Below are positions 14,096-27,660 of a stretch of 64,000 nt of DNA, in pieces. The notes beneath the pieces were generated by a model. It saw nothing but the letters and a program-made list of their open reading frames with translations. It was not told the origin of the DNA and ran no database searches. The first letter of the stretch is position 1; each line of letters begins with the position of its first letter. Where the stretch lies: positions 3,844,001-3,908,000 of the forward strand of contig OZ231126.1 of the NCBI GenBank assembly GCA_965153355.1. Direction: 5' to 3'. The DNA is from Flaccisagitta enflata. Its lineage: Eukaryota. The position numbers and the translations under genes are program-made.

Positions 14096-16567
14096 TTACA
14101 AAAAATTCATAGAGTCGGATTCCTCCTCGTCGGTCGCCGCGCCTTTGTCGTCGTCGCCGTCGCCTTTCGATTGTTGATGTTGTTGAGGACGTGGTGGCGG
14201 AGTTTCCTCCTCTTCCTCCTCTTCTTCGTCGTCGTCGTCGTCATCCAAATCGATTTCGTCTGGATTCTTCTCTCGTTCTTTCCTTTCGGCTTCTTTCTTC
14301 TTTTCCTCTTCGCGAAGCCGTTTCGCTTCCGCTTCCGCTTCTTCTGGACGCGGCGCTGCGGACGCGATCGCCGGCGCCATCGCTGTCGCTTCCGCCTTTG
14401 CCATCGCTGTCGCCTCCGTCTTCGTTTCGACCGTCGCCGTCGCCATTCCCAGTTCCTTTTGCAGCTGCGGCAACTCCTTGGAAACAATCTCGGTGGGCAA
14501 GTAACTGCCGAGTTGTTGTTGCTGTTGCTGTTTGGCCGCGTTTCCTCCTCTCTTTTCGTACTGCTCGAATTGTCGCATCATCTTCATGAGTTTCTTTTTC
14601 ATCTCGGTTTTGTTGTAGTAAGTCGGATGCGGCGGAGGCGGCATTCCCGCGTTCTTCCACTCGGCGTACGCCTGCTTGTTGTTGGCCATCAACTCGCGGA
14701 TGACTTTGGGCCAACGACGTTCCTGCTGTTGTTGTTGTTGTTCCTCCCATTTTTTACCGCCCGTCCTGCGTTGTTGCTGCTGCGGATCTTGCTCCGCCGC
14801 TGCGGTGGCTGCTGTACCTGCGGAATTATTGTGAATACCACCTTCCCCACCACTAACAATATTATTACCATCACCACCGACGACGACGACGGAACCTGAA
14901 TCATTATTGGAATAACCGGCAGAAGAAGTCGACAAATTATTTTGAACACTAGCATGATCGGCGTTATTGTAAACAGTAGTACGATATTGGTTATCATTGA
15001 GTTTATTATCCGCTTGATACGCGTTGTATGGAACTTCTCCTTGCGGTGGTGGTCCTCCTCCGAGCTTGGAGGCGATGAAAGCCCTGACGGCGTCTTTGGC
15101 GCTTTGGACGTTGGATTGTGTCGTCGTCGACGCTTCTTCGGATGTTATTCTTCCGACGGCGGCGGCGTTGTTGGCGTTGTTCTCTTGTCCTTCCCACGCG
15201 GCTTCGCTTCTGCCGGCTTTGTAGTAAGAATAGCGTCCGTGATCGGCTTCTTCTCCAACAGTTGGCGCCGGTGGCAGTTCCATACTCAGTCTCTGCGCCA
15301 AACGCTTCGCCGTCGGAGGAATCGAAGTCGTTTCCGCCGATCCCGATTTCGAGGAGGCCATGTCGGCGTTTCCGGTGGCGGTCGCCGTCGGATACGCCGG
15401 CTGTTGTGGAGGCTGACCGGCGCCGGCCGATGACGCGGTGGCGCCCGTGGCTGGAGTAGGGGGGAAATTGGGAGGGGGACGGGAAGGGTCGAAGGGGAGA
15501 GGGGGCATGGGGGGCATGGAAGGCATGGTGGGCATCGGCGGGGCGCCGGATGATGATGATGAACCGGCGGCGGCACCGGCGGGCGTCGGACCCAAACCGA
15601 CGTTGCCACCGGCGGTTTGAGTGAGATGCTTGGTGATGATGCCGTCACCAATCTTGAGAAAGTCGGCGAAGGAAACAACGCGATGACCGTCGAACACTTT
15701 CATCGTCTTGTGGGCGTCGGTGCACGTCTGCGTGGTTAAGAGGGATGAGAGAGAGGAAGAGATGAAAGAATGGTATATAACAATGGTACATAACGGTTAT
15801 GGTAGATATCTATAGAAATCTCATTCTTAAAAGGAAATTTAGCATACAAGCCACGGATATGCAGCCACATAAGGATAGAGGCTTATTACAATTATATACT
15901 GAAAAGTCCTTCTCAACGAAGCCTCGTTTTATTGTAAACATTTTATCTAGATTCAGGCGATAAACGAACAATCAGCCGCGTAGTACGATTGCAGTCGGAA
16001 CATCTGGCAACGACCACTTAGGTCAATGAATATAAGATACTAACCTGACAGAGGAAGGTTTTGCAGTCGGAGCATCTGGCAACGGCGACTCCCGACTCTT
16101 TGCAGGAAGTGCAGACGATGATGGAATTGACGGCCGCCAACAACTTGGGATCCAGATTCCCGCCGCCCGTGGAAGAGGCGGACGCGGCGGCGGAGGCGGA
16201 AGCGGTCGTCGACGGCGAGGCTGCAGTCGCCGCTTCCTCGATGGCAGAAGATTTGTAGACTTCGCCGCGAGGAGGAAGATCTTCAACGCCGACTGAGGGG
16301 AAAGCAAAAAGAGAGAGATGAGAGGAGGAATTGATCGAAAGAGACTTGTGTGCGTGTGCGTGTGTGTGTGTTGAGAATTGAGAAAGGAACGAAACAAAGA
16401 AAAGAAGGGTAGCAAGAAAAAAAGAATAAATGCGAAAGAAAGAAGGTGAGAGAAAGAAGGAGGGTGAGAGAGAGAAAGAAGGTGAGAGAAAGAGAGAAGA
16501 TGAGAGAAAGAAAGGTGAGAGAAAGAAAGGTAAGAGAAAAAAAGGTGAGAGAAAGAATTAAGGTTAG

Positions 16568-16598
<31 letters not shown>

Positions 16599-16907
16599 AA
16601 TAAAGAAAGAAAGAAAGAAAGAAAGAAAGAGAAAGAAAGAAAGGGAGAGAAAGAAAGAAGGGAGAGAAAGAAAGAAGGTGAGAGAAAGAAAGAGAAAGAA
16701 AGAGAGAGAAAGAATAGAGAAAAAGAAGGAGAGAAAGATAGAGAGAAAGAGAAAAAGAAAGAAAGAGAAAGAAAGAGAAAGAAAGAGAGAAAGAGAAAAA
16801 GAAAGAGAGAAAGAAAGAAAGAGAAAGAAAGAAAGAGAAAGTAAGAAAAAGAAAGAGAAAGAGAAAGAAAGAAAGAGAGAAAGAAATAAGGTGATAGAAA
16901 GAAAGAG

Positions 16908-16954
<47 letters not shown>

Positions 16955-17116
16955 GCTAAAGAAAATGAAGGCGAAAGAAAGAATACATAAGAAAGAAAGA
17001 AGGCGAGAGAGAAAGCAAAAGAAAGAAAGAAAAAGAAATAGAAAGAAAGAGTAATAAAAAGAAAGAAAGAAAAAGAGAATGAAAGAAATAAGAGAACGAA
17101 AGAAAGAGAAAGAAAG

Positions 17117-17147
<31 letters not shown>

Positions 17148-20100
17148 GATCTTAGCGCTGGATAAAATTCAATTACGTTATCCTAGTAGATTTACCCGTG
17201 TCATCCTTGACAGGCGTGGCTGATCTGGCGTCGTCGAAGTCGTCCATGGAATTTTCTTCACCCGGTGGTCCCACATCCGACGACACGCTGTCCCTCGATC
17301 TCTCTCGCTCGGACGCCGACGACATGTTGATGCCATCCGGACCGGAACGGATCGTCAAACCCACGCCCGAGAACAACACCGTCGACGTGGGAGGCATGGT
17401 AGCAGCCGCCGGTGGACCGCCGGAAGAGACGATCGGCATGAAGCCGCCGAGAGAGGGCGGGATCGGCGGTATGGGTGGGCCAGGAGGGTAGATGACGGGA
17501 GGAGGACCGGTTGGTGGAGGCGGAGTTTGATCGCCTGAAGAGGAGAAGTTGCTGATTCCTTATTATGTCGAGAATCGGTATGTGGTCATTCAAATTGAGT
17601 CATAAACACAAGCAGACACACACACAAACACGAGACACATACAGACACACAAACAAAGCGACACAAACAAAGAGAAACACAAACACACAGACACACAAAC
17701 ACAGAGACAAACACGCGAAACATACAGATACACAAACCAACACAAAAACCAACAGACACACAAACCAACACACACACAAACCAACACACACAAACAAACA
17801 GACACACTCATTAATACGTGTACATCAACAGACGCGCACATACCCACACATTCAAATGTACCCCAAACACACGAACCTTTGAGCAATCCCGGAGGTGGCA
17901 TTGGGGGCGGAGCCAAGTTCATAAACGGCGGCAATGGCGGTGGCCTCGGGGGTGGCTGGACCCAGCCCGCGACGGCGGGGGGCATGGGCGGGGGCGCCGG
18001 ATAAGCCGGGGGCATTCCCGGTATCGGCGGTGGCCCGCGAGGAACGGGGGCCAACATCTGGGGCGCCGGTGAACCGGTCTTCTTCCCGTGTTCCAACTGC
18101 GCCAACTTCGCCTCCATGTCTCTGTTAGACGGAAATAAAACGAATGAAAAGAAATAACACACTTCATTTCAAATCATTGAAAAAGCATCTAAGAATATCA
18201 AATCAGGTTCCTCCGGAGCAAACAAATGCGTACTAGGACTGCCGTCACATACACGTTAGCCTACAGACGCATCGTCACTATCATTTTGCAACGTTGGCAA
18301 CATTGCATCATTTAAGGCACGCTCAAAGATGATGAAATAATTTGCCCATTTGAACAACATTTCTGTTTTGTTTTTTTTTTTTTTTTGGCGCGCGGCCCAC
18401 CTCTCCCTCCCATAAACACATTGTTACATCTGATCAGCTGAATGCCTTGAGAACCCCAATTTGATCATCAGTCTTCTTACAACTAGACAGAAGGAGAGCC
18501 AACTTGGCTCTTTAAGAAACTTGGAGGATTACCAATTACCATGACTGACCTGAGTGCTTGCGCTCCTAAATCTTCGAATTCTCTGTCCCTTTCCCTGTGT
18601 CTGTCTCTGCTGCTGCTGCCGCCGTCTCTTCGATCTCTGTCTTTGCGATCCGATCTCGATTCTCTTCTTTGCAGCTTCTCCATCTCACGCAACGCTTTCT
18701 CCTTGACTGATTCCGCGCGACGCTCCGCCTCACGAGCTTCGCGACGACGACGATCGCTCTTTTCCTGTTTTTGATGTGAAAGAAACAAAGTTATTCAAAT
18801 TCTATCTAGTCCACGAATACATGTAAGAGGTCCACGAATACATGAGATTACTAGATTGCGCTCTAGTTACATGGGGTTGAGTAGTAATGTTGTCCAATTT
18901 TCATATGTATATGATCGATCATTGCAATTTGACTTTCATTCTGTTAATTGCAGTTAATCTACAACTAACGAATCGTGTTTCATTTAAATACTTTAAATAG
19001 TTTAATAGAAATTATGTCTCAATGATTGGCTTTTCCTTAGTCATTTTGCTGCTAGCTTAGACTGGCTTTAAAGAATATCCTTTAGAATAACCATAGCTGC
19101 AATAAAAATGGCCGATTTTTGAAATGTCAAGGTCTGTTAAGGAACTACACTATTTCAAGGAGAGGAGGCAGCAAAAGTTGTAGAACTTATCGGAACATAG
19201 AAAAATTCATAACACCTGGAAAGCCCTTCAAAAATCTTTCATTTGAAAGTCTTGTGGGACAACTTAATCATTGAATATGCAACTGAGAGTATGATTAGCA
19301 AAACGACTCAATTTTGGAATTGCCCATGGTAACTTTACAAAGCTCCATAAAAATCACAGAGGCGTTGCCCGATATTGATAAAAATTAAATTGATATTGGG
19401 GCAAATACATGTCAACTGGCACCTGAAATTTCATCAAAATCGATTAAGATCTTCAGTCACTTTTACTCATTTAATGTTTTCCAGAAAATCCGAGTGACAA
19501 ATTCGGCCATTTTTTCTTGAGGTGGCAGTTTAGTTAGCCTTTAATCTGTCATATTTTCTTAAAGAATAGAGAAAAATTTGCTGCATGGACTCAAACGAAA
19601 GATATTTTTGATGTCTTTCTACGCTGCATGAATTTAAGTATGGTTTCAAGAATCTTTTGACCAAAACCTGTGCTCAAAGCTGTTGAAAAATCAGTCATTT
19701 TTTTGGCCCTTGTGGTTACACTGACATTTACAAACATAGCGCTGGTGAATACAGATTCGGACGGAATTAAAGATGTTATATGTCACTTTCTAACCCACCC
19801 CACCCTACAGACCAAACTAAAAATGGTAGAGACTTGAAATTTGGTATGTAAAGTCACTGGGGGAGTACTTTTGGGGCCATCAGAGGGATTTTTGAATTTT
19901 CGCCCCTGAGCGGAGATATAGGGGTGGGGTGGGGCAACCCCCGAGGGTTGAAGAATCTGAAAAAATTTTTTTTTGAATTTTTTTTATTTTTTCAATTGCA
20001 TGTGTTGTATCAAGCTTTAGTGAACATGCAAAACCAAAAATATTTGTAAAATTCTGATTTTAAGTGATTTTAAAGGTATTTTTAGTAGTTTAAAAGTATT

Positions 20101-23100
20101 TTGTTTAAACTTTTAAATGTGTATTATTTTATATATTTTGAGAATTATTGATGGATTTTTAGAATTGTATAAACTATATCCAACTAGTACAACCAAAAAA
20201 ATTTAAAAAATTGAAAAAAAAATTTCAAAATTTTTAGACCCCCAGGGGTTGACCCACCCCATCCCCATATCTCCGCTCAGGGGCGAAAATTCAAAAATCC
20301 CTCTGATGGCCCCAAAAGTATTCCCCCAATGACTTTACATACCAAATTTCAAGTCTCTACTGTTATTGGTTTGGTCTGTAGGGTGGGGTGGGTTAAAAAG
20401 TGTCATATAACATCTTTAGTTCCGTCCGAATCTGTAATGCGTGTTGTTATCTCAAGTTTGTCCTAAGTGGTGGTCTATAAATCTCTCTCTGATAGCAATA
20501 ACTAAACAGATATAAGTTAATACTTTGTAGGACAGGAGGATGAAGGACAACATTACGTTGCATCTTACTCAATCCGCAAGACCGGATACAGGGACTCGAG
20601 GAATGCGTTTGCTGTTGATTTAGGTCGAGCGAATTCTGCGACTAAATGAATATTAAGTACTGTTCGATCGAGTAGATTGAATACTACGCGTATAAAAAAT
20701 GACACAAGACCCGATATGAATAATCATTGAATAACAATCGGGTATAGACCCAACGCAAGCCTTCTTTTGTTTTTTAGTTACGGACACGGAACTCTAGGAA
20801 GCTTTTTTCCTTTATGCTCGTGTTAATAATACATTTTTGATGCTGCAGTTGTTTTCGAGTGTAGGTAGGAGTAGAGTAGGGGGTGGGAGTGGGGTCAGGC
20901 TGGCCCTGCCCACCTGTCCGCAACGATATTGAGACCCCGCGTCACATATTCTAAGTGGTTTTCCCAATTCTGAGACTGATCAACGCGCACATTGCATACA
21001 AATCTCGTGATTATTTTGAGTCCAGGCCTACCTTTAGTGCAGTATGATATTAACTTACCATATCTACCTTCTGTGTATTCTTTTTCTCCTTCACCTGAAT
21101 GAGTGATCTCTATCGCCGTCTCAAGTCGCAATAGCCTCAAACTTACCTTTTCCTCCTTCTGTCTCTTCTTCTTCTCCTTGGCCTCCTTGAGGGATTCAAT
21201 TTCGGCTTCGAGCGCTCTCATCCTGTCGTGGGCTTTGCGGACTTCCTCGTCGGTTTGATCCTCTTTATCCTCGGGAGCAGCCTCGGGCTTCTTGGAAGAA
21301 GACTTGGATGATCGCTGAGAAAAGAACAAGTCAAAGAGAAAGTCAAGGTCTTCGAGTGTTTACACCAAGTTGTGCAAGGTTTCTTTTTTTTCTTCTGAAA
21401 ATAAGAAAGAGAACAATTATCAATTGCAATCTTATTTATTAATCTTTCATTGGTGCGCGGGACAATGATCTGCATTAAGCTCTGTATTGAAGCACGCGCC
21501 GCCGCCGCCGCAGCAACAACAACAGCCAGAAGACGGACTATCGATGGTTCGGGAAATGAGAGAATTTTTCGCGGAAATGCGGGACGCCCTTGGTACCAGG
21601 CGTCAAGAAGAACAACAACCGGGAGAGCGTTAACTTCCCGGAATGGGATGGAATGGGATGGACAGTGTTTGTTTTGTTAGGGGTGGAAAAATGGTTAAAC
21701 TGTGATGGACTTTTTTGGGAATGTAGATTGTAGTAGTTTTCGTCTCCAAGTCAACAGGCAAATTGCCTTTCTTATTTGTAGTATTTGAACTAGAACTTGA
21801 ACTAGAACAATTGAACATTGTGCGTTCATTCAACTCTACACATGTAATCTGCTTGAGCCCTGCGCGGTTCCCCCATCATTTTTTATTATGTATTTGAATA
21901 TAAAACTCATTTCATTTCAAATCACAGTCGACGTTGCAACTCAAGATAAAAATATCAGTAGGTTTCCCAGAAAATGAAAAAAATGTACGGTTGACCAAGT
22001 CTCCCAATTTGTACATGGTTGAACAAGTCTCTTATACGTATCTTGACTACGGATCAAACGGTAAGAGAAATGCCGCTGAAATGACGTTATTTAAATAGCC
22101 AAACTCAAAGAAATGCATTCTTGATTCGCTCATTAAAATCACGCGCACACTTGGCCGAGGAGAGAAATCGGGTAAAACATTTCCCAACAACATAAACTAA
22201 ATAGACAAACTAATTAGCAAGGCACGCAAGTTGGTGGACTTGACTGTTGACTGCTCATTTGTAATCACCTTGGAGGAAGAAGACTGTGGCTTGGCCGGAG
22301 ATGACGCCCTCTTCGACGACTCCTTGGCGGGTTTTTCTTCCGACTTGACGGGCAATTCCGACGACGACGACGACGCAGCCGCATCCGGTGGAGGCGCGCT
22401 TGACTTCTCTTCCACAACCTTGTCGGGTTTCGTCGCCTTGGCGGCGGTGGCGACATCCTCGCTGATGGCAGCGGCAGCGGGTGGACTTCGGACTGGCGAA
22501 TCCTGATAAGAGAATTACGCGAAATCGAAGGCAGATTGATGAGAGAGATGCTTAGGGCTGAAAAACGTTTTTTTTTTCTAATGCGGATGAGCACCTCCGC
22601 TCTAAGGCGCGACTGCTAAATATTTAGGCATACCCGCCGTCAAGGTATAGAAATTGAAATCCCATAAAAGGATTTGTAGTTGTAATGAAGACAACAAGGC
22701 AGCATCACTTTTGAGGTGTTAATTTATCCAGTTCTTTGATTTTGATATGCGGTATGGTGAAGCTTTGCTGTTTACACATTACATACACAAATACATTCAT
22801 TCGCACCTGTACGGGCGTTCCGACCGACTCGGGTAGTTCACCCTCTTCTTCGCCTTCATCAGAGCGCGATGCTCCTGAATGAAAATAAAGCGATGCATAT
22901 TAGGTGATGCTTACAATGACTTAATATATTCGCCACATTAAAGCACTTGCAGGAACAAATATGTGTCGGTAAGTCATGAAAAGGACACAGCTTGCGATAC
23001 ATGTTCACAGGTGTGTATTGTGTAGATAAGCAATGAAAGGAAAATGCTTGCGATACATGTATACTGACGTGAAGGTAAGCACTAAGCAATCAAAGGATAC

Positions 23101-24596
23101 CGCGATAACTCACCACGATCGCTGGCGTTATTGTCCCTCTCCTTACTCCTCTCTTCTTTAGGGCTTTTCGATCTTTTCTTATCCTTCTTTTTACTCTTCT
23201 TGTCTTTAGAAGGGGATCTTGATGATCTTTGCTTGCGTGATTTGTCTCCACCTCCGGAACCGGAACCGCGTTCTTCCGGGCTTGTGGCGTTGTTGGCGTT
23301 GGATTTGTGGCGGTGGTCGGAGTGATGGCGCGAAGAGGAGGAAGAAGCGTGTTTGCGACCGGGACTACGAGACGAACGCTGACGGTCTTTATGGCTGATG
23401 TAAAGGAAAGAGAGAAAGTAGGATAGAATGAGAGGAAGAAGAGAGTCGAGAACATGGCAGGAAGTGTAAGTTGTAACGGCGTGCTCCCCTGCTTTCGATT
23501 TTCTTACCCGCGTCGCGTTACAAAATCTATGATTTTCGTCCCTATATGACAATAAAACAGTGTTTTTAAAGTTTAAATGGCGTTTTACTAATCAGTTTTT
23601 ATGATTTGGTACAGCCAAAGGTCTTGTTTTCCCCAAATTTTCTTTTTTTATCTTTTTTTCCCCTACATTTTTCCCTCATCTCCAAACCCTTTGATTATTT
23701 CCCCCCCCCACGGGGAGGGGGGGGGGAAACGTAGAACAATATAGAGGCCTGGGAAAGAGTCGAGAACATGGCAGGAAGTGTAAGTTACGGCGTGGGATTT
23801 CCCACTAGACAAAAACAGATAGAGGCAGGAAAACAGAGAGACGATCTGACAGAGGAAAAGACACTTAGGTAACATTAATTGGCATAATCAGAACTTCATT
23901 GACAGCTCAAATACTACTGCCTATGAACGTAATGCGTTGGTAATGGTACAAAACTCACCCGCGATGTTCTTTTGCATCGGGACTCAGGGATCGATCTTTA
24001 GTCTTCTTCGTCGACGTCGAATCGGACGATTTCCGCTCTTTGTTGTCCTTCTCTTTGTCCCGTCCACTACGATCTTTGTCCTTCCTCTCCTTGTCCCGCT
24101 CTTTGTCCTTATCTCGCTCTTTGTCCTTGTCTCGATCTTTGTCCTTTTCACGATCCTTGTCCTTGTCCTTGTCCCGCTCTTTATCTTTGTCCTTTTCCCT
24201 GCCGCTCTTCTCTCCCGATCCTCGTTCTCGCGACGACCTCTCCTTTCTGGTCGGTGGAGGGTCCCAACGAGGATCATAGTAACCATCGGATTCCTCGTTT
24301 TCTTTGTTGTTGGAAGTGATCTTCATGACGATGGATGATTTGGCGCCGGGGGCTTTGCGGCGTTCATCGCCCGTCGACGAAGTGTCGTCGTCGTCGTCGC
24401 CATCGTCGTCTCCGTCGACACGATCCTCTTCCTCTTCGGCGCCGGATCGATTCTCTCCTTCCTCGCCGACTTCGCCCTCCTCGGCGTCGTCATTTCCTCC
24501 TCCTCCTCCTCCTCCTCCGCCAGAGCGACGCTTTTTGCCATTACGGCGTCGCGACGAAGATGATTCGTTGCGACCGCGCTCTCGACTTCCGCTTTT

Positions 24597-24629
<33 letters not shown>

Positions 24630-25858
24630 GCCGCTGCTACGACGAGTCGGACTCGGATTCTCTTCACCTTTCTGTTGTTGTTGTTTTTGTTCCTGTTCTT
24701 CAGAGGCGAGTCGTTTTCGCTTCAACTTTTCGCTCAAATCCCGAACTCTCTTCTTCTTCCTCTCCAACCGTTCCTCATCTTCATCGTCTTCATATCCCTC
24801 TCTATCCTCTTCCTCTTCTTCTCGATGTCTTCCACCCGATTTGCTCGTCGACGACGAGGACGACGACGGTCCTCCTCAGCAGGCGCATCCGACGCCGAAG
24901 ACGAGGCCGTCGAAGTCTTGTGGACTTTGCGGGGTTCTTGTCCGTGCGTCGACGCGCTGACGGTGATGCTGTCCACTTTCCGCGAAGAAATGGACACTTT
25001 GCGCACTTCCTCTCCATTTCCACCACTTCCTGCGGAAACAACAACGGCCGGCGCGGTGACGGTGGCGGCGGCGGCGGCGGAAGAAGAGGAGTTAATCGTC
25101 AACGAGGACGGTCCTTTGCTCTCTTTGACGTACTCTCCGTCTTCTTCGGACTCGGACATTTCTCTGCTGCTTCCTAATGGAGAAGCGGATGACAGAACTT
25201 TGGCCACGGCGTCTTTTAGACTGTCTTTGAGGTTGCGCAAGTCGACGGGTTTGCCGTGGACGTCGACCACGTCTTTGGAAGGGACGTTGGAGGAGGAGGA
25301 AGACGAAGCGGAAGCTGCGGTAGTCGTCGAGACTGTCGCCGCTTCTCCATGATGGGCCTTGAGCTTCTGTCGTAGATCGCCCGGTTCCAAGGCCTTGGTC
25401 GATTCTTTATCCCTTCCTCCTCCTCCTCCGCCTTTGCCATCGCCGATTCTGTCCATGACGGCGCCGACGCGTTTCAACGGATGATCGACGCCGCGATCGT
25501 TGGCGCCGCTGTTGCGACTTCCGCTGGCGCCACTTCCACCTCCCATCACCTCCAAGTCGTTGAGATTGATGTCTCGACCATCTTCGCCGCCAAACGGATC
25601 GTCGCCGTCGACGTCATTTTCCGGATTGTCGCGATCCAAATAATTGTACTTTTTGCCACCGCCGGCGTTTCCTCCTCCTCCTCCTTTGCCGCCGCCGGAA
25701 GACGACGCCGGAAATTTATCGGCGTAGACGGATTTGTCTTCGCCGCTGCCGGAACTCCATCGGCCGCCGAAGTAACCGCCACCGCCGTTACGGCTTTTAC
25801 CACCACCTCCTCCTCCTCCTCCTCCACCACCGAGGCTGTGACGATTGCGATGACTCAT
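14096..25858 (-). CDS. 10-exon gene for a ~1776-aa low-complexity RS/KE/Pro-rich protein with one type-1 B-box zinc finger
   Basis: Phase-consistent GT-AG exons: 25858-23959 (needs +1 nt near 24877), 23394-23114, 22874-22807, 22502-22269, 21314-21147, 18764-18550, 18121-17877, 17534-17196, 16292-16045, 15727-14096. The B-box [40 protein letters not shown] spans exons 9 and 10. Confidence 0.85.
16440..17150. repeat. Intronic (GAAA/GA)n purine tract
   Basis: Directly visible; lies in intron 8 of the B-box gene. Confidence 0.95.
17600..17870. repeat. Degenerate (CA)n tract
   Basis: Directly visible; lies in intron 7. Confidence 0.9.
19752..20434. mobile_element. Tc1/mariner-type MITE with long TIRs and TA TSD
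   Basis: ta|cagattcggacggaa...ttccgtccgaatctg|ta. The arms are reverse-complementary over more than 200 bp. Confidence 0.9.
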
Positions 25859-27660
25859 TTTCGCATTGACGTCGTCGTCGTCGTCGTCGTCCCACGAAAC
25901 GGAGGACGGAAAAACACCTTCGTTGTCGTCGTCTTCTTCGTTCGCCCTTCGCTACGAAAACGCGGGAGATGATGTCACTCAAGTCGGCTCATCTCGAGAT
26001 ACACACGAGACCCGTCACGCCGTCACGCAAAAAGATAAAATGTCCCAAAGTCGGTGTGGCCCAGATGCACAGCTCGACAGGTGCAATACACACGAGACGA
26101 GAGAGATGCGGAAATCACCGAGTCAATGACACACACACACACACAATAACACACAGAAATTGAAACGCCACGGCAAGAAGAAGAAGAACGTGTACGCGGG
26201 GAAATCTTCCACAAACGAGATATCAAAACCACGGAGCGCGTAATGTGTGTTGAGACGCGATGGCAAAAACTTGGCCAAATTAACAGAAAACATGGACGTT
26301 ATAGCGCGAGAGATTGAATTGAAACTGAGTTTGAAGCGAAAAAATGCCCCCGCCCCTAACTATCTCTTGCAAAGGAAAAAGATTTCGTTTTGTATATATA
26401 TGAACTACTCTAACTTTCTCTTTAGGTCGGTAATGCTTTTGCTGTGTGGTTGTTGGTTGTATATCGAACGGAAACCGCGAAAGTCACCTTTTTTGACGGT
26501 AAGATTTTAAGTATGCTTTTGAGTCTTGTTAAATGAGTCTTTTTTATAAATGATAAGGTTTCTCGAGATTTGTTACAGTGTTTCAAACCCGTTGCTGTTG
26601 GTTGTTGATGGTTATGCAACGGCTGAGGAAACTAAATTCAGCCACCTGTGATGGAGAAAGAGATGATCATGATAACAAATTCACTGACAGGTAACTAAAA
26701 AGCTTACACGTGATTAAAACACGACGGAATCGATTGTAAATTGCGATTAAATATGGTTAGGTAATGGAAAGATGAGAGAGATAGTTTACGTGGCTTCTCC
26801 GATTAAGTGAAGCGCGAATTTGAGAATGGCGTTTAGAGAAAAAGAAGATCATAAACTTAAACCTGTAAGTTTACTGACACATAACCAAAACGCTTGCACG
26901 TGATTAAAACACGACGGAATTGATTGCAAACATGGTTAGTTAATGGAAAGATGGGTTTAAAGTCAATTGTCACGTAATAGAGATAGTTTACGCGGCTTCT
27001 CGGATTACATAAAGCGCGAATTAGATTTGATTTTGGTTATGGTGTTTCATGACCTCGGCGATATCAAAAACAGAAAGCAAAGTGTAAACGTTCGCGTTGC
27101 TATATAGCGAGAACAAAGGAAAAACGCCCGTATACATATCGATGATCGGTCAAAGAAAAGGCGTTTGTTTTCGTTACTAGTCCCTTTTTTTCCACACCGG
27201 CCCAATCGTGAGAGAGCAGAAAAGACACGCTTTCACCCCAAAGCGGAACAAAGGAAGGGAATAAGGGGAGAGAGAAAGAGAGAGAGACGGGAAAGCGATA
27301 CAAGGTGAGTACGATTATGGCCGAAGGGAGAGAGAGAGAGAGACAACGCGGGACAATGAGGAGGAAGTGGAGGTGGAAAGGAGGAAGACCGAGACGAGGA
27401 GGAAAAGGAGGAAGAGGAGGAGAGAACATCAAAAGAAGCGGAGGAGGACGTGGAGGAAGACGGATGGAGAGAGGCGAGCACGAGGGGAGGATGAAGTTGT
27501 TCGAATGGGGCTCCCTCTAAATCCTCGATTGTCTCTACGTAGCATCTGAGGGCAAAACAAATGACGAATGTAAAATGGTTGAGAAACTTAGTTGAGGCAA
27601 TTGCAGATGCTGAGAGGGAAAGATAAGGATATGAAAAGGTGTAAGAACTAAGATTAGCCG

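Noticed and set aside
16446-16959. Lys/Glu/Arg-rich ORFs
   Set aside because: Intronic (GAAA)n tract on the strand opposite the gene.
24304-25352. Long plus-strand ORFs (also 14051-14899)
   Set aside because: Antisense shadows of the GC-rich minus-strand exons.
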